The notes beneath the pieces are model-generated. The model did no database searches. It was not told the origin of the DNA and worked only from the letters and a program-made list of their open reading frames with translations. From a virus: 64,000 nt of DNA. Positions within the stretch are counted from its first letter, which is position 1, and the number at the start of each line of letters is the position of its first letter. The position numbers and the translations under genes were made by a program. The stretch lies in the IMG/VR virus record IMGVR_UViG_3300014656_000018, positions 34,119 to 98,118 of that record. The stretch is one strand, 5' to 3'. Positions 10,083-19,871 of the stretch are shown here, in pieces.

Positions 10083-10111
10083 TTGACTACCAATTTTCGA
10101 GAGGATAGCGT
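10083..10111 (+). promoter_or_regulatory. Possible sigma70 promoter TTGACT-17-TAGCGT
   Basis: Lies in the ~100-nt gap upstream of the helicase. Confidence 0.4.
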
Positions 10112-10141
10112 GTTGTATTAGAGACAGACGTGGAGAGATGA

Positions 10142-11515
10142 ATGGCCTCAAATTGGGAACTACAGCTTATCAGCGCCATTCTTTCAGAGGAAGATCTAGA
10201 TACCCCAGAAAGAATTTTCAGGATTGACTCCTCCAGTTTCATATCAGATGAAGCAGCAGCCATGTTCGACAGCATTAGTAAATACTGGCACAAGAAGAAG
10301 CATTGGGGAGAGGTTCCTCCTCTCCGCTGGATCGAGGAGAGATTCCCTACGATCCAGCTACCGGAGCAGGAAGCTACCATTGCTGAGCTTTGCGATCTTG
10401 TAAAACAAAACTATGTCAGGAGAAGGTTGTTTACGATATCGGACAGGCTGTATGATCTGGCGGAAAGGGAAGATGATCCAGAAAACGCTCTAAACTATCT
10501 ATTACAGGAGACCAAGGAGTTTACCCGGCTAGTGTCTCCGGAGGATGACATTGATTTTGGAAAGACTGCCTTCAGGGAGATAAAGAAGGAGGTGGAGGTA
10601 CTAGAGGAATCCAAAGGTCTTCTTGGTCTTCCGTGGCCTTGGCAGCTGATGAATGACGAAACGCAGGGACTGGAAAACGGTGGTTTATATATACTGTATG
10701 CAAGGCCAAAATCTATGAAAACCTGGCTAATGTTATATATAGCCACAAATCTATATGTAAACTTTGGTCTGCGTGTGATGGTCTGGTGCAGAGAGATGAC
10801 CCCGGAGCAGATGCGAAGACGTATCGCCATGATTGTTGGGGGAATAGATTACTCATCATTCAGACAGGGCACCCTGACTGCTAAAGAAAAAACCAGGCTG
10901 TTTGATTGCCTGGAGATGCTGCAGGATGAATATCTAATACAGGGTGGCCAAAAGCTGAAAATAACCAAAGGCTCATTCTCCGACAATGATAATGCACAGG
11001 GATCTATTGCAGAGCTGAGAGCAAAGGCTGAGGAATTTCAACCACAGCTGATAGTAGCAGATAGCCCCTACCACATGCAGGCATCATCCAAGTGGAGAGA
11101 CATTACAGATCTTGCAAGATCTTTGAAGGGCTTGGCGGCAGATCTGAATGTTCCACTAATCTGTACCTGGCAGGCAAACAGGGAAGGGGAAAAAACTATG
11201 GGCAAGAACCTCAGTGAGATAGCACTAGGTGATGCTCTTGCACAGGAAGCGGACATGCTTTGTAGGATACTGAAGAGGGGTACAAAGAAGGAGCCGAAGC
11301 TGAGTCTTGTTATTCCCGGAGCCAGGGAATTTGCCTTCGAAGGATTTACCATCAATGGTAAGCCGGGAGGTGATTTCACATTTCTGTCAGAGGAAATTCT
11401 CTGGGAGGATAAGGAAGAGGAAGTCAGGCTGGTATCTCCCGGATCTCGGTCTGGAGGTAGAAGCAGAAAGAGCGAGGCTTTAGCCAATATGCCAAGAGAT
11501 CTGGATCAGGAATGA
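10142..11515 (+). CDS. DnaB-like replicative helicase
   Basis: G+P.PW..+N..T.GL..G, Walker A variant ARPKSMKT, REM, LIVADS, LK.LA..LNVP+I...QANR, QEAD. Confidence 0.9.
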   Translation: MASNWELQLISAILSEEDLDTPERIFRIDSSSFISDEAAAMFDSISKYWHKKKHWGEVPPLRWIEERFPTIQLPEQEATIAELCDLVKQNYVRRRLFTISDRLYDLAEREDDPENALNYLLQETKEFTRLVSPEDDIDFGKTAFREIKKEVEVLEESKGLLGLPWPWQLMNDETQGLENGGLYILYARPKSMKTWLMLYIATNLYVNFGLRVMVWCREMTPEQMRRRIAMIVGGIDYSSFRQGTLTAKEKTRLFDCLEMLQDEYLIQGGQKLKITKGSFSDNDNAQGSIAELRAKAEEFQPQLIVADSPYHMQASSKWRDITDLARSLKGLAADLNVPLICTWQANREGEKTMGKNLSEIALGDALAQEADMLCRILKRGTKKEPKLSLVIPGAREFAFEGFTINGKPGGDFTFLSEEILWEDKEEEVRLVSPGSRSGGRSRKSEALANMPRDLDQE

Positions 11516-12477
11516 TTACCGGTCAGCTCATAGCTCTCCTCAAAACATATCTACCGAAGGGAAAACAGATAGGTGAAGAGTTTGTCTCTCCATGTCCATT
11601 TCACAAGGGAGGACAGGAGAGACGCCCCAGCTTCTCGTTGAATATGGAACAAGGAGTGTCCTTCTGCCACACCTGTCATAAGGGGTGGTCGTTGAAGACA
11701 CTGCTAAGAGAGCTGGGTGTACCGCAGCTGGAAGCAGACAGGGTAGTTGGAAGATTCCCCAAAAGAGTAACCCCAAAAAGCATATTCAGGGACACTGATC
11801 TATTTAAGGGTTTTGAAATACCAGAGCTTGTGTTAGTTGAGTTTGATAGGTGTCCATTGGAGCTTCTTATAAAAGGATTCAAAAAAGAGACACTGAAGTA
11901 TTTTGAGGTAGGGTATGATTTGGAGAGAGATAGAATCACCTACCCAATTAGAAACGTATGGGGGACTTTGGTAGGGATATACGGAAGGCTGTCTGATGAG
12001 GAAAAAGAAATATTAGGCCTGAAGTATAAGCCATATCAGGAGGAGTTTCAGGAGGCTGTTCCTGGCTATAAGATCGGTGGTCGTCAGCATCTATGGAATC
12101 TCCATCATCTTTACCCCATAGCATGGAAGGTCGGGCTGGGTGAGGTGATAGTTGTAGAAGGCTTCAAGCAGGCCATGTGGGTATGGCAAGCAGGATTCTA
12201 TAATGTACTTGCCCTATTCGGATCATATATGACAAGAACACAGCAGGCTTTGATACAGAGAATAGGAAGCAACATAATACTATTTTTGGATAATGATGGG
12301 GCGGGAAAGGAGGGAACACTGAGAACTGCTGGTATATTGAGAGGGTTACAGAAAGTAAAAATTTGTACGTACCCAGAAAAGTGTAATCAACCAGATGATA
12401 TGGACTCACAAATGGTGAGAAGCTGTATTGAGGGAGCTTCGGATCTGAGAACCTGGAGGAGAAATAATGTCCTATAA
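11512..12477 (+). CDS. DnaG-type primase (CHC2 zinc finger + TOPRIM)
   Basis: CPFH...CHTC, RITYPI, VVEG, FLDND.AG, QPDD. Confidence 0.92.
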   Translation: MITGQLIALLKTYLPKGKQIGEEFVSPCPFHKGGQERRPSFSLNMEQGVSFCHTCHKGWSLKTLLRELGVPQLEADRVVGRFPKRVTPKSIFRDTDLFKGFEIPELVLVEFDRCPLELLIKGFKKETLKYFEVGYDLERDRITYPIRNVWGTLVGIYGRLSDEEKEILGLKYKPYQEEFQEAVPGYKIGGRQHLWNLHHLYPIAWKVGLGEVIVVEGFKQAMWVWQAGFYNVLALFGSYMTRTQQALIQRIGSNIILFLDNDGAGKEGTLRTAGILRGLQKVKICTYPEKCNQPDDMDSQMVRSCIEGASDLRTWRRNNVL

Positions 12478-13510
12478 TCATAGTGCTTATCGTGCAACTG
12501 TCAGGAGAGATGTCAGCAGGAGAAGGAAGGATCAGAATAGGGGAAGGGGAAGGTATAACTACTTCAAGCTTCCTAAATCCCCAACCAACATCAGACTGAT
12601 CCCTGGAGAGTACAAGGCATGGGATGGTAGCACCAGACCTTACTTTGTAAAATTCACCCACTTCGATGTGGTGGATAATAGAGTACGTGATTGTCAGGGT
12701 GAAGAGTGCATAATGTGTCACCAGCTAGAGAACGCCAAAGGGAAGGGGAAAAGTAAAGACAGATTTACCCGGCCGTCCATGAGGTACGTGTATAATGCTG
12801 TTCACCTGGCCGACTACCATCTGGTGGAGGAAGTTAACAAGGATACGGGCGAGAAGTACAAGGTCAAGATAGAGTGCGAAGGTAGACGCTGTAAGTATTG
12901 TAAGGATGGTGTAGAGAAGGTGTTCGGTAAGAAGATTCACTGGACCCTCTCCGAAGAGGATCACACCATCCTGATGGCCTATGACCTGGAGCTGTCTCAG
13001 AAGTGCCAGTGTGGGATAGGAGACATTTTTGTACTTAGCTACGAGTGCAAGAAGTGTCTGGGGGAGATTTTGAATGCTTCCGAATGTCCTCTGAACAACC
13101 AGGAGGTTATCGAGTTTGGGGATCAGGAGCAGAGGTGTCCCAAGTGCGGACATACCGATCTCCCCCAGGCCATCCTGGAGTGTGTAGAGGAAGATGCCAA
13201 GGGTAACTGGATTGCCTGCTGTGATAACCCAAAACCTGTCAATATCTTCTGTGTAAACCTGGAGGTCAAGGGTGTAGAGAGACATAGGAGAGATGGAAGG
13301 ACCTTTATCTCTCTTCAGATCACCGGCTCTGAGGTAGCAGAAGCTGATGATAGAATCTCTGATCTATCTGAACCATATGATTTTGAGGCCATGTTCGATA
13401 TGCCTCTCGACAAGCAGTCTGAGATTCTGAACCTCCCCATCCCTGATGACATCGGGAAGCGTAGGGGAAGAGGTGGCAGAAGGGAGGAGAGGGCGGTTTC
13501 CTACGATTGA
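12467..13510 (+). CDS. Putative single-stranded DNA-binding protein (gp32-like) with Cys-rich insertions
   Basis: IRLIP, H..C..C..C N-terminal pattern, RYVYN; position after the primase; several extra CxxC pairs. Confidence 0.6.
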   Translation: MSYNHSAYRATVRRDVSRRRKDQNRGRGRYNYFKLPKSPTNIRLIPGEYKAWDGSTRPYFVKFTHFDVVDNRVRDCQGEECIMCHQLENAKGKGKSKDRFTRPSMRYVYNAVHLADYHLVEEVNKDTGEKYKVKIECEGRRCKYCKDGVEKVFGKKIHWTLSEEDHTILMAYDLELSQKCQCGIGDIFVLSYECKKCLGEILNASECPLNNQEVIEFGDQEQRCPKCGHTDLPQAILECVEEDAKGNWIACCDNPKPVNIFCVNLEVKGVERHRRDGRTFISLQITGSEVAEADDRISDLSEPYDFEAMFDMPLDKQSEILNLPIPDDIGKRRGRGGRREERAVSYD

Positions 13511-13520
13511 GGGAATTATA

Positions 13521-14558
13521 ATGAGGGATGATAGTCGTAACCTTCTTCAAAGCTCTCTCACCATTGCTTCAGGATATAATGGTAACCTGACGCTGAGACA
13601 GCTTTACTACCGCCTTGTGGCAGGCGGAGTACTACCGAACGATACCAAAGCGTATAACAAGCTGGGTAGGCTACTGGTTGATACTCGACTTGGGGGACAG
13701 TTTCCGCTGGAGTGGCTTATGGACCGCACCAGGGAATCGCGGAAAGGTGATATAACTGAAACCTATACTAGCATAAATGCGGCGATGCGTACAACCAAGA
13801 CATGGGTGAAATATATACCTATAAGCTGTATTAGGCAATCCCGATGGAACAATCAAGCCGAGTATGTGCTTGTTGCTGTTGAGAAAGAGGCTCTGGCTGG
13901 AGTCTTTGAGGGTCCTTGTAAGCAGCTTGGGGTTCCGTGGTTGGTCTGTCGGGGCTACCCATCAGTCTCGACGGTATATCAGATGGTAAAACAGTATAGA
14001 GAAGCGACAAGGCATCGAGATGCTTTCTTTGATCGCTTCATCATCATTTATTTCGGCGACCACGATCCGGATGGGCTGGAAATTCCTGAAGCGTTAGCGC
14101 GGCAGGCTGCGGCTATTCTTGATCGCATTGAGATTGATAGCGAAAATGAGGCTAATCCGGATTCCCGCAAAGGCAGCATTGATGATCAGGCTGAGGCCGA
14201 AGAGTTAATATGGATGAGTGGTGCTCCTCGACCAGAGATTGAGCGAGTGGCTCTCACTATAGAGCAGATAGAGGAGTTCAACCCACCTCCTTTTCCCGCC
14301 AAGGTTACTAGCAGTCGCTTTGCTAATTATCAGGAGAAGACCGGTCTCAGCGACGCCTGGGAGCTGGATGCTCTCGACCCTCACGTGCTGGAGGATCTGA
14401 TCTATAACTCGGTTAGCCCACATTTCAGTGAGGAAATATGGCAGGAGGGTCTTGAGAATGTTTTCTCTCTACGTAAAACATTCACCCAAGAGCTTATAAA
14501 CACTCCGTGGGTAGCCGAAGCACTCCAAGATGTTGATCTCAAGCCGGAAATGGAGTGA
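13521..14558 (+). CDS. TopoVI-A/Spo11-like TOPRIM protein (Mini-A/DUF2399-like)
   Basis: TLRQLYYRLV (catalytic Tyr region), VAVEKEA, RGYPS, YFGDHDPDG, ELDAL; start at ATG 13521. Confidence 0.8.
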   Translation: MRDDSRNLLQSSLTIASGYNGNLTLRQLYYRLVAGGVLPNDTKAYNKLGRLLVDTRLGGQFPLEWLMDRTRESRKGDITETYTSINAAMRTTKTWVKYIPISCIRQSRWNNQAEYVLVAVEKEALAGVFEGPCKQLGVPWLVCRGYPSVSTVYQMVKQYREATRHRDAFFDRFIIIYFGDHDPDGLEIPEALARQAAAILDRIEIDSENEANPDSRKGSIDDQAEAEELIWMSGAPRPEIERVALTIEQIEEFNPPPFPAKVTSSRFANYQEKTGLSDAWELDALDPHVLEDLIYNSVSPHFSEEIWQEGLENVFSLRKTFTQELINTPWVAEALQDVDLKPEME

Positions 14559-14573
14559 ATTAGTACTATAGAC

Positions 14574-14606
14574 AGTGGGGGGGAGGATTATCTCCCCCCC
14601 ACTTTT
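14574..14606 (+). terminator. Intrinsic terminator
   Basis: 12-bp perfect stem AGTGGGGGGGAG/CTCCCCCCCACT followed by TTT. Confidence 0.75.
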
Positions 14607-14614
14607 CCGGAGAT

Positions 14615-16552
14615 GTGATGGCATTCAAGCTTGGTATACCGAGGGCTGTATACATTGGTGATGAAGACCAAGCTATCCGACTGCTTCTTCGTTTACCCGG
14701 CTGGAAAGTAGTTGGTCTGGACACAGAAACGGATGGCTTGAATAGAATGCAGGCTCAGATTGCTTACTGGAGCCTGGCCAATGAGGAGGAGCGTTACTGT
14801 ATTCCCCGGAGTCTGTTACACCTATTCAAGGATTTCCTGGAGGACAGAAAGGTAGAGTTTGCGGATCACAATGCAAACTTCGATGCACATATGATGGCCA
14901 ACGCCGGTATCGCATACGCCAGTGATAGAATTGTGGCTAACCGCTATGACACCATGACCATGCATACCTTGATAGATGATACCAGTCCACACTCTCTGGA
15001 TTACATAACGGTTAACCTCCTGGAGATTCCAGGAGGTAAGTTGTTTTCCTTCAAGGAGAGGTTTGGGAAAGTACCAATACATGAGATCATCCCAGGACAT
15101 TCCCTATTTGAGGACATGGTGGACTATGCCAGCTTTGATGCCTGGCTACACCTGCAGGCATTTCTCCATATAAAAGATAGAATGCAGGAAGAGGAAACAT
15201 ACTTCGGTACCATGTGGGATTACTATAAAACACTGGAGTGTCCTCTTCACGATGTGATTTTCAACATGGAGAGACGGGGTGTCATGATAAATAAGGGCTA
15301 CCTGATTCCCCAAAGGAAGGTAGCTGAGAAGCTCATGAATGATGCCTTGGAGGGACTGGCCAAGGTAGCGGGCAGATATATAAATCCAGCCTCTGTCCCA
15401 CAGATGAGAGATCTTTTCTATGAGCAGTTTGGTATGCCCATCAAGAAAAAGACCAAAGGTGGGAAGAGTGGTAATCAGCAGGGAGCCACAGATGAAGAGG
15501 TACTGTCAGGGTGGGCTACAAGAAAGGATAAAGTAGGGGAAGCATCCAGGCTGGTGCTTGAGTACCGGCAACACAACAAGCTCCTCGGTACCTATATCAA
15601 CGGGATGATTGATAGAATAGATCCAAGAACTGGTAGGATACACAGTACCTTTACTCAACATGTTGCACGTACTGGGAGACTTTCCTCTAAAGATCCCAAC
15701 CTTCAGAATCTACCTAGACCGGAAAATGATCCATACGGATTGAGAAAGGCCTTCATTCCGGAGGTTGGCGAGCGGTTGGAAGACGATTGGGTATTACTTC
15801 TCGGGGACTATTCTCAGGTCGAGATGATGTTGGCAGCTTCTGACAGCGGAGACGCCAACATGCTCAAAGCCATACACAATGGCATGGATCTGCACTGTAA
15901 CAGCGTATCTCTCATGTTTGGTGTCCCATATGAGAAGGTAAAGGCTGCCAAGAAGAAAAAGGATCAGGGACTGGCTCTTACCGCAGATGAGAAAAGGTGC
16001 TGCTTGCTGAGGCAGCAATGCAAGACAATCGGCTTTGGTATACTCTATGGAGAGGGACCCAAGAAGCTCTCAGAGCAGCTGGAAATATCCTTTGAGGAAG
16101 CAAAGAGGCTGCAGAACCAATATTTCCGGGCCTTTCCAACGCTGAAGCAGCATATTGAAGATGTTGGAAGGATTGCAGAAGAATCAAATGTAGCCATTAC
16201 CACCATGGGCAGAAGAAGACGTCTGGAGAATGCCAGTAACTATAGTATTGGCGCAAAGCGTGAGAGATTTGAGGCATTGAGACAGGCGTTCAACTTCACT
16301 GTTCAGGGATTTGCTGCTGAGATTGTAAAGCTGGCAATGCTTGAATGTGCAAGGGATAGAGAGCTGAGAGAGCTGAACTGCCACCTACTTTTGCAGGTTC
16401 ATGATGAGCTGGTGTTCGAGTGTCCACCAACAAGCGTGAAAAGAGCGTCCAGCATAATCAAGGACTGTATGCTAGGGGTTTGTCCTGATTTACTGCAGGT
16501 GAACCTAAACACAGATATTGGTGGTGGAAGAAACTGGCAAGAGGCCAAGTAG
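14615..16552 (+). CDS. polA: Family A DNA polymerase with 3'-5' exonuclease, no 5'-3' nuclease domain
   Basis: Exo motifs LDTET, HNANFD, YASFDA; RTGRLSSKDPNLQN, DYSQVE, KTIGFGILYG (Phe at the E. coli 762-equivalent site), QVHDEL. Confidence 0.95.
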   Translation: MMAFKLGIPRAVYIGDEDQAIRLLLRLPGWKVVGLDTETDGLNRMQAQIAYWSLANEEERYCIPRSLLHLFKDFLEDRKVEFADHNANFDAHMMANAGIAYASDRIVANRYDTMTMHTLIDDTSPHSLDYITVNLLEIPGGKLFSFKERFGKVPIHEIIPGHSLFEDMVDYASFDAWLHLQAFLHIKDRMQEEETYFGTMWDYYKTLECPLHDVIFNMERRGVMINKGYLIPQRKVAEKLMNDALEGLAKVAGRYINPASVPQMRDLFYEQFGMPIKKKTKGGKSGNQQGATDEEVLSGWATRKDKVGEASRLVLEYRQHNKLLGTYINGMIDRIDPRTGRIHSTFTQHVARTGRLSSKDPNLQNLPRPENDPYGLRKAFIPEVGERLEDDWVLLLGDYSQVEMMLAASDSGDANMLKAIHNGMDLHCNSVSLMFGVPYEKVKAAKKKKDQGLALTADEKRCCLLRQQCKTIGFGILYGEGPKKLSEQLEISFEEAKRLQNQYFRAFPTLKQHIEDVGRIAEESNVAITTMGRRRRLENASNYSIGAKRERFEALRQAFNFTVQGFAAEIVKLAMLECARDRELRELNCHLLLQVHDELVFECPPTSVKRASSIIKDCMLGVCPDLLQVNLNTDIGGGRNWQEAK

Positions 16553-16560
16553 GAGATCTC

Positions 16561-16716
16561 ATGGCTGATAATGATGAAGGCATGACTAAATATGCTGTAG
16601 AAGTTGAGAAAGAGAAAAATAAGGAGGAGAAGAATAAGACTGCAGGTGAGAAAAATTCCAAAATAAACGTTCCTTGGACAGAGAAGGATGGCACAAAGCC
16701 CTTCGAGAAGAAGTAA
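16561..16716 (+). CDS. 51-aa charged protein (not in ORF track)
   Basis: AGGAG RBS; MADNDEGMTKYAVEVEKEKNKEEKNKTAGEKNSKINVPWTEKDGTKPFEKK; TAATG overlap with the next gene. Confidence 0.7.
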   Translation: MADNDEGMTKYAVEVEKEKNKEEKNKTAGEKNSKINVPWTEKDGTKPFEKK

Positions 16717-18029
16717 TGGCTCGGGGCAAGAAGAAAGCCGAGAAGGTAATAGAGCCTTCTCCTGAAGATGTTGGAGATGGTGTAGAGGAGCAGGCAGATG
16801 CGCCTGTCAGCGAGAAAAAGCTGGTAGATATAGAGCCGGAAGCTCAGAAGGGTACTTCTGTAGATACCCTCGTAGCCCGAGTCAATAAAGCTCTGAAGGG
16901 TAAAGCTATAGTAAGAAAAGCCAGTGATAGAACCTACCAGTACAATATACGCAGACCCTTTGGTATACTATCTCTGGATCTTGCTGTTGGTGGTGGTCTT
17001 CCTGCCGGATCTATCTGCCAGATATATGGTCCGGAAGGGGTAGGGAAAAACTACCTCATGAACTGCCTCATACGTGAATGTCAAAAGCACTATGGAGCAG
17101 CTGCAGCTATAGCCTACACCAGCTTCGAGTACGGGTATGACAAGGCCTTTGGTTGGCACTGTGGCGTGAGAGTAGCACTCAGTCAACCAGAACTTGATGA
17201 CTATATACAGGATCTGGGTAGAAAGCCAACCCCTGATGAGCTGAAAGAGGTTCAGGAACAGATAGGGGAGTTCTTCATCATAGATGTCGGGGAGCAAGGA
17301 TCAGATGTTCCCGCAGAAGCAAAGTTGGAAGCAGTACTTGAGCTTCTCAGCTCTGGAGTCTTTCAGCTTATTCTCATAGATGGGCTGGGGGCTTTCTCTG
17401 GAAAGGGTGCACGGCTCAAGGAGGAGGGAGAGAGGAGACATCTGGATGAGAATAAGAAGGTTGCCGCCAATGCCGGACTGATGACGGACTTCCTCTCCGA
17501 GGCATTTACCCAGCTGAGCATGCCTACCGAGGACGGCGGTATGAACCAGACAACTATGGTTCTAAATAATCAACAGAGAGCTAATATAACAACCGGTATG
17601 AATCCATTTCTGGCCAGGATGGCTCCCAAGACCAGGGTGGGTGGTGGCTATGCTTTGGGACACGCAAAAGCGATCGACATCCATCTGCGGAGCACAAAGA
17701 AGATAAATGTAAGTGGAAGGGCTGCAGGTAAGATTGTCGCCTGGAATATCCAGAAGGGTAAGCTAGGGACACATGAGGGGATAGAGGGGGAGTTTGAATA
17801 TCTTTTCTCCGATGGTGCCAACTGGAGAGCTGATGTTATAGCAACTGCTAAAACAATGAAACTCATTACCAGCAGAGGAAAGTTGATTTATGTTCCCGAT
17901 AAAGAAAATGGAATAAGTAAGGAGGATCTAGAGGCTTACTACGATGAGGGTCCTGAGCAAGAGGGTAGAATAAGCACTCTTATTGAGACCTGCATGAAGC
18001 AGGCAGGTCTCAGGGTTCGGTACCGATGA
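16716..18029 (+). CDS. RecA/UvsX-like recombinase
   Basis: LSLDLAVGGGLPAG, QIYGPEGVGK, LNNQQR, GGGYALGH; start set at ATG 16716. Confidence 0.88.
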   Translation: MARGKKKAEKVIEPSPEDVGDGVEEQADAPVSEKKLVDIEPEAQKGTSVDTLVARVNKALKGKAIVRKASDRTYQYNIRRPFGILSLDLAVGGGLPAGSICQIYGPEGVGKNYLMNCLIRECQKHYGAAAAIAYTSFEYGYDKAFGWHCGVRVALSQPELDDYIQDLGRKPTPDELKEVQEQIGEFFIIDVGEQGSDVPAEAKLEAVLELLSSGVFQLILIDGLGAFSGKGARLKEEGERRHLDENKKVAANAGLMTDFLSEAFTQLSMPTEDGGMNQTTMVLNNQQRANITTGMNPFLARMAPKTRVGGGYALGHAKAIDIHLRSTKKINVSGRAAGKIVAWNIQKGKLGTHEGIEGEFEYLFSDGANWRADVIATAKTMKLITSRGKLIYVPDKENGISKEDLEAYYDEGPEQEGRISTLIETCMKQAGLRVRYR

Positions 18030-18337
18030 AAAGGGGAAGTGAGATAAAGGTCGCCAAGGATATCGGAGCTGGAAAGCCTCAACCGGGATCCGGAGCACCT
18101 TGGGGATACAAAGGTGACGTCCGACTGCATGGGGTTGTCAGGGTGCAGGATAAAGAGACATCCAAGAAGTCCTACCCCATAAAGGTGGAAGATTGGTTGG
18201 AGATTGAGGAGCAGGCACTGAAGACCTCTGAGATTCCTTCATTCACCATTAACTTCAGTAAACACAAGATCAGGCTAGCTGTTATAAGCTATGAGGACTG
18301 GTTGGAGTTCGTGGAACACATCAAGAACAAGAAGTAA
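18026..18337 (+). CDS. PD-(D/E)xK Holliday junction resolvase-like nuclease
   Basis: PGSGA...KGDV...QDK.T.KKS pattern. Confidence 0.7.
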   Translation: MKRGSEIKVAKDIGAGKPQPGSGAPWGYKGDVRLHGVVRVQDKETSKKSYPIKVEDWLEIEEQALKTSEIPSFTINFSKHKIRLAVISYEDWLEFVEHIKNKK

Positions 18338-18343
18338 GATTAT

Positions 18344-18595
18344 ATGAACAAAGAAGCATACAAATGTATAGGTAAAAAAGACATGAAATGTCTTCTGGAA
18401 GATAAATTAAACGCTCTCTGCTCCGCCAAAGAAGTAGTTCGGGTACTGGAAAGGGACTACATACAAGCGCTTAGATGTGCTACAGAAAGCGGGTGTCACC
18501 CCGAAGCCGAGATTGCTTTCGGTATTTGGGAAAACAGTAAATATAACCAAATGGCTTCGACGAGTGGCTTCTCGGTTGATCCTCTAGATGAATAG
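18344..18595 (+). CDS. Hypothetical protein
   Basis: ORF fills the operon gap. Confidence 0.55.
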   Translation: MNKEAYKCIGKKDMKCLLEDKLNALCSAKEVVRVLERDYIQALRCATESGCHPEAEIAFGIWENSKYNQMASTSGFSVDPLDE

Positions 18596-18603
18596 GATTT
18601 GTA

Positions 18604-19329
18604 ATGGATAAAGACCTACCTCTCCGGAACATAGACAACCTGAAAGCTCTTACCAGATCCCAGGTACAAGAAGTAATTGAAGAAATACAGCTGGTAGAGG
18701 AAATAAACATATATTTGGATGCTATCAACAAGAAGGATGCTCGTAGAAGTACGGGATACTTCTCCCCCTCCTCTATACCATACTGCGGTAGAGCTATGTA
18801 CTATCAGAGATCCGGAGAGGTGCAGAACGAGTGCTTATTTCCCGGAACCAGAATCATCTTTGATATAGGAACTGCAATACACGGAGTACTACAGGATTAT
18901 ATCACCAAGGCTCTGGGAGATGATTGCTTCCGTACAGAGGTATTCTGCAGGGATGATGAGCTACACCTCATAGGAAGTGCTGATGGTCTTCTGGATCTTC
19001 CATACGATAGAAGATTGCTGGAGATAAAATCTATATCACCTAAAGGCTTCAAGGGCTTGGCAAAACCAAAGTCAGAGCACCTGATGCAAGCACATTGCTA
19101 TGCCTACATGCTTGATGCACCTATGCTGTGGTTCCTTTACTACGAGAAGAGTCTTGGGGAAATGCGTCTGTTCACAGAAACATTTGATAAAAGAATATGG
19201 GGGAAGGTGACAGACAAGCTGGAAAGAATTGAACGGTGCGTTGAGAAAGGAAATCCTCCTCCCAAAGAGCTGGGATACACCTGCAAGGAGTGTAGATACT
19301 CTTGGTGCTGCGATCCCAACGCAGGTTAA
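18604..19329 (+). CDS. Cas4-like PD-(D/E)xK exonuclease with Fe-S cysteines
   Basis: SPS...C.R, GTAIH, GSADG, LEIKS, Q...Y, C-terminal C..C.Y..C. Confidence 0.85.
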   Translation: MDKDLPLRNIDNLKALTRSQVQEVIEEIQLVEEINIYLDAINKKDARRSTGYFSPSSIPYCGRAMYYQRSGEVQNECLFPGTRIIFDIGTAIHGVLQDYITKALGDDCFRTEVFCRDDELHLIGSADGLLDLPYDRRLLEIKSISPKGFKGLAKPKSEHLMQAHCYAYMLDAPMLWFLYYEKSLGEMRLFTETFDKRIWGKVTDKLERIERCVEKGNPPPKELGYTCKECRYSWCCDPNAG

Positions 19330-19331
19330 GC

Positions 19332-19871
19332 ATGTCAAAAATAGATACTGAGGTAGATCTCGATAGAGAGCTGGCAAAATATGACAAGCTGCTAGACGAC
19401 TTATGGGACGATCTGGGGAAGGAGGGGGTGGCTCTCCCAGATCAACCAGCAATAATGCCACAATGGCCAGCCAGCATAATGCGGTTGAGTGACCGGGAGA
19501 TGTGGGAGATTCATGCTGACTTTCAAGAATTCTTCCGATATATCTCTGGCAGAGAGGCATATAGTAAAGCATATCTAGGCATATGTAAGGAGAAGACAGC
19601 CCTGGTTCGGGCCGCAATCAGAAAAAGATCAAATGGCCCCAATAAGGAAGTACGGGAAGATGTAACCACTCTTGATAGTCTCTATCAGCAGACAAGGCAG
19701 GAGGAGGTGTATTGGGATACTCTGCATGGACTCCATACGAGGCTCAGAGAAATTTTTGATGATGATGTAAAAGCTCTTTCCAGGCAACTGAACAGAGTGG
19801 ACACGGATAACAAAAACATTGGTAGGTCTGTAAATGTAGGGAATATGAGAGGTGGGAGATATCACAGATGA
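19332..19871 (+). CDS. Helical hypothetical protein (possible UvsY-like mediator)
   Basis: Coiled-coil character and recombination-cluster context; function inferred only. Confidence 0.55.
   Translation: MSKIDTEVDLDRELAKYDKLLDDLWDDLGKEGVALPDQPAIMPQWPASIMRLSDREMWEIHADFQEFFRYISGREAYSKAYLGICKEKTALVRAAIRKRSNGPNKEVREDVTTLDSLYQQTRQEEVYWDTLHGLHTRLREIFDDDVKALSRQLNRVDTDNKNIGRSVNVGNMRGGRYHR

Noticed and set aside
18604-19329. Cas4-like gene as evidence of CRISPR-Cas
   Set aside because: No cas1/cas2 and no repeat-spacer array are seen; solo Cas4-like nucleases are common in phage replication modules.
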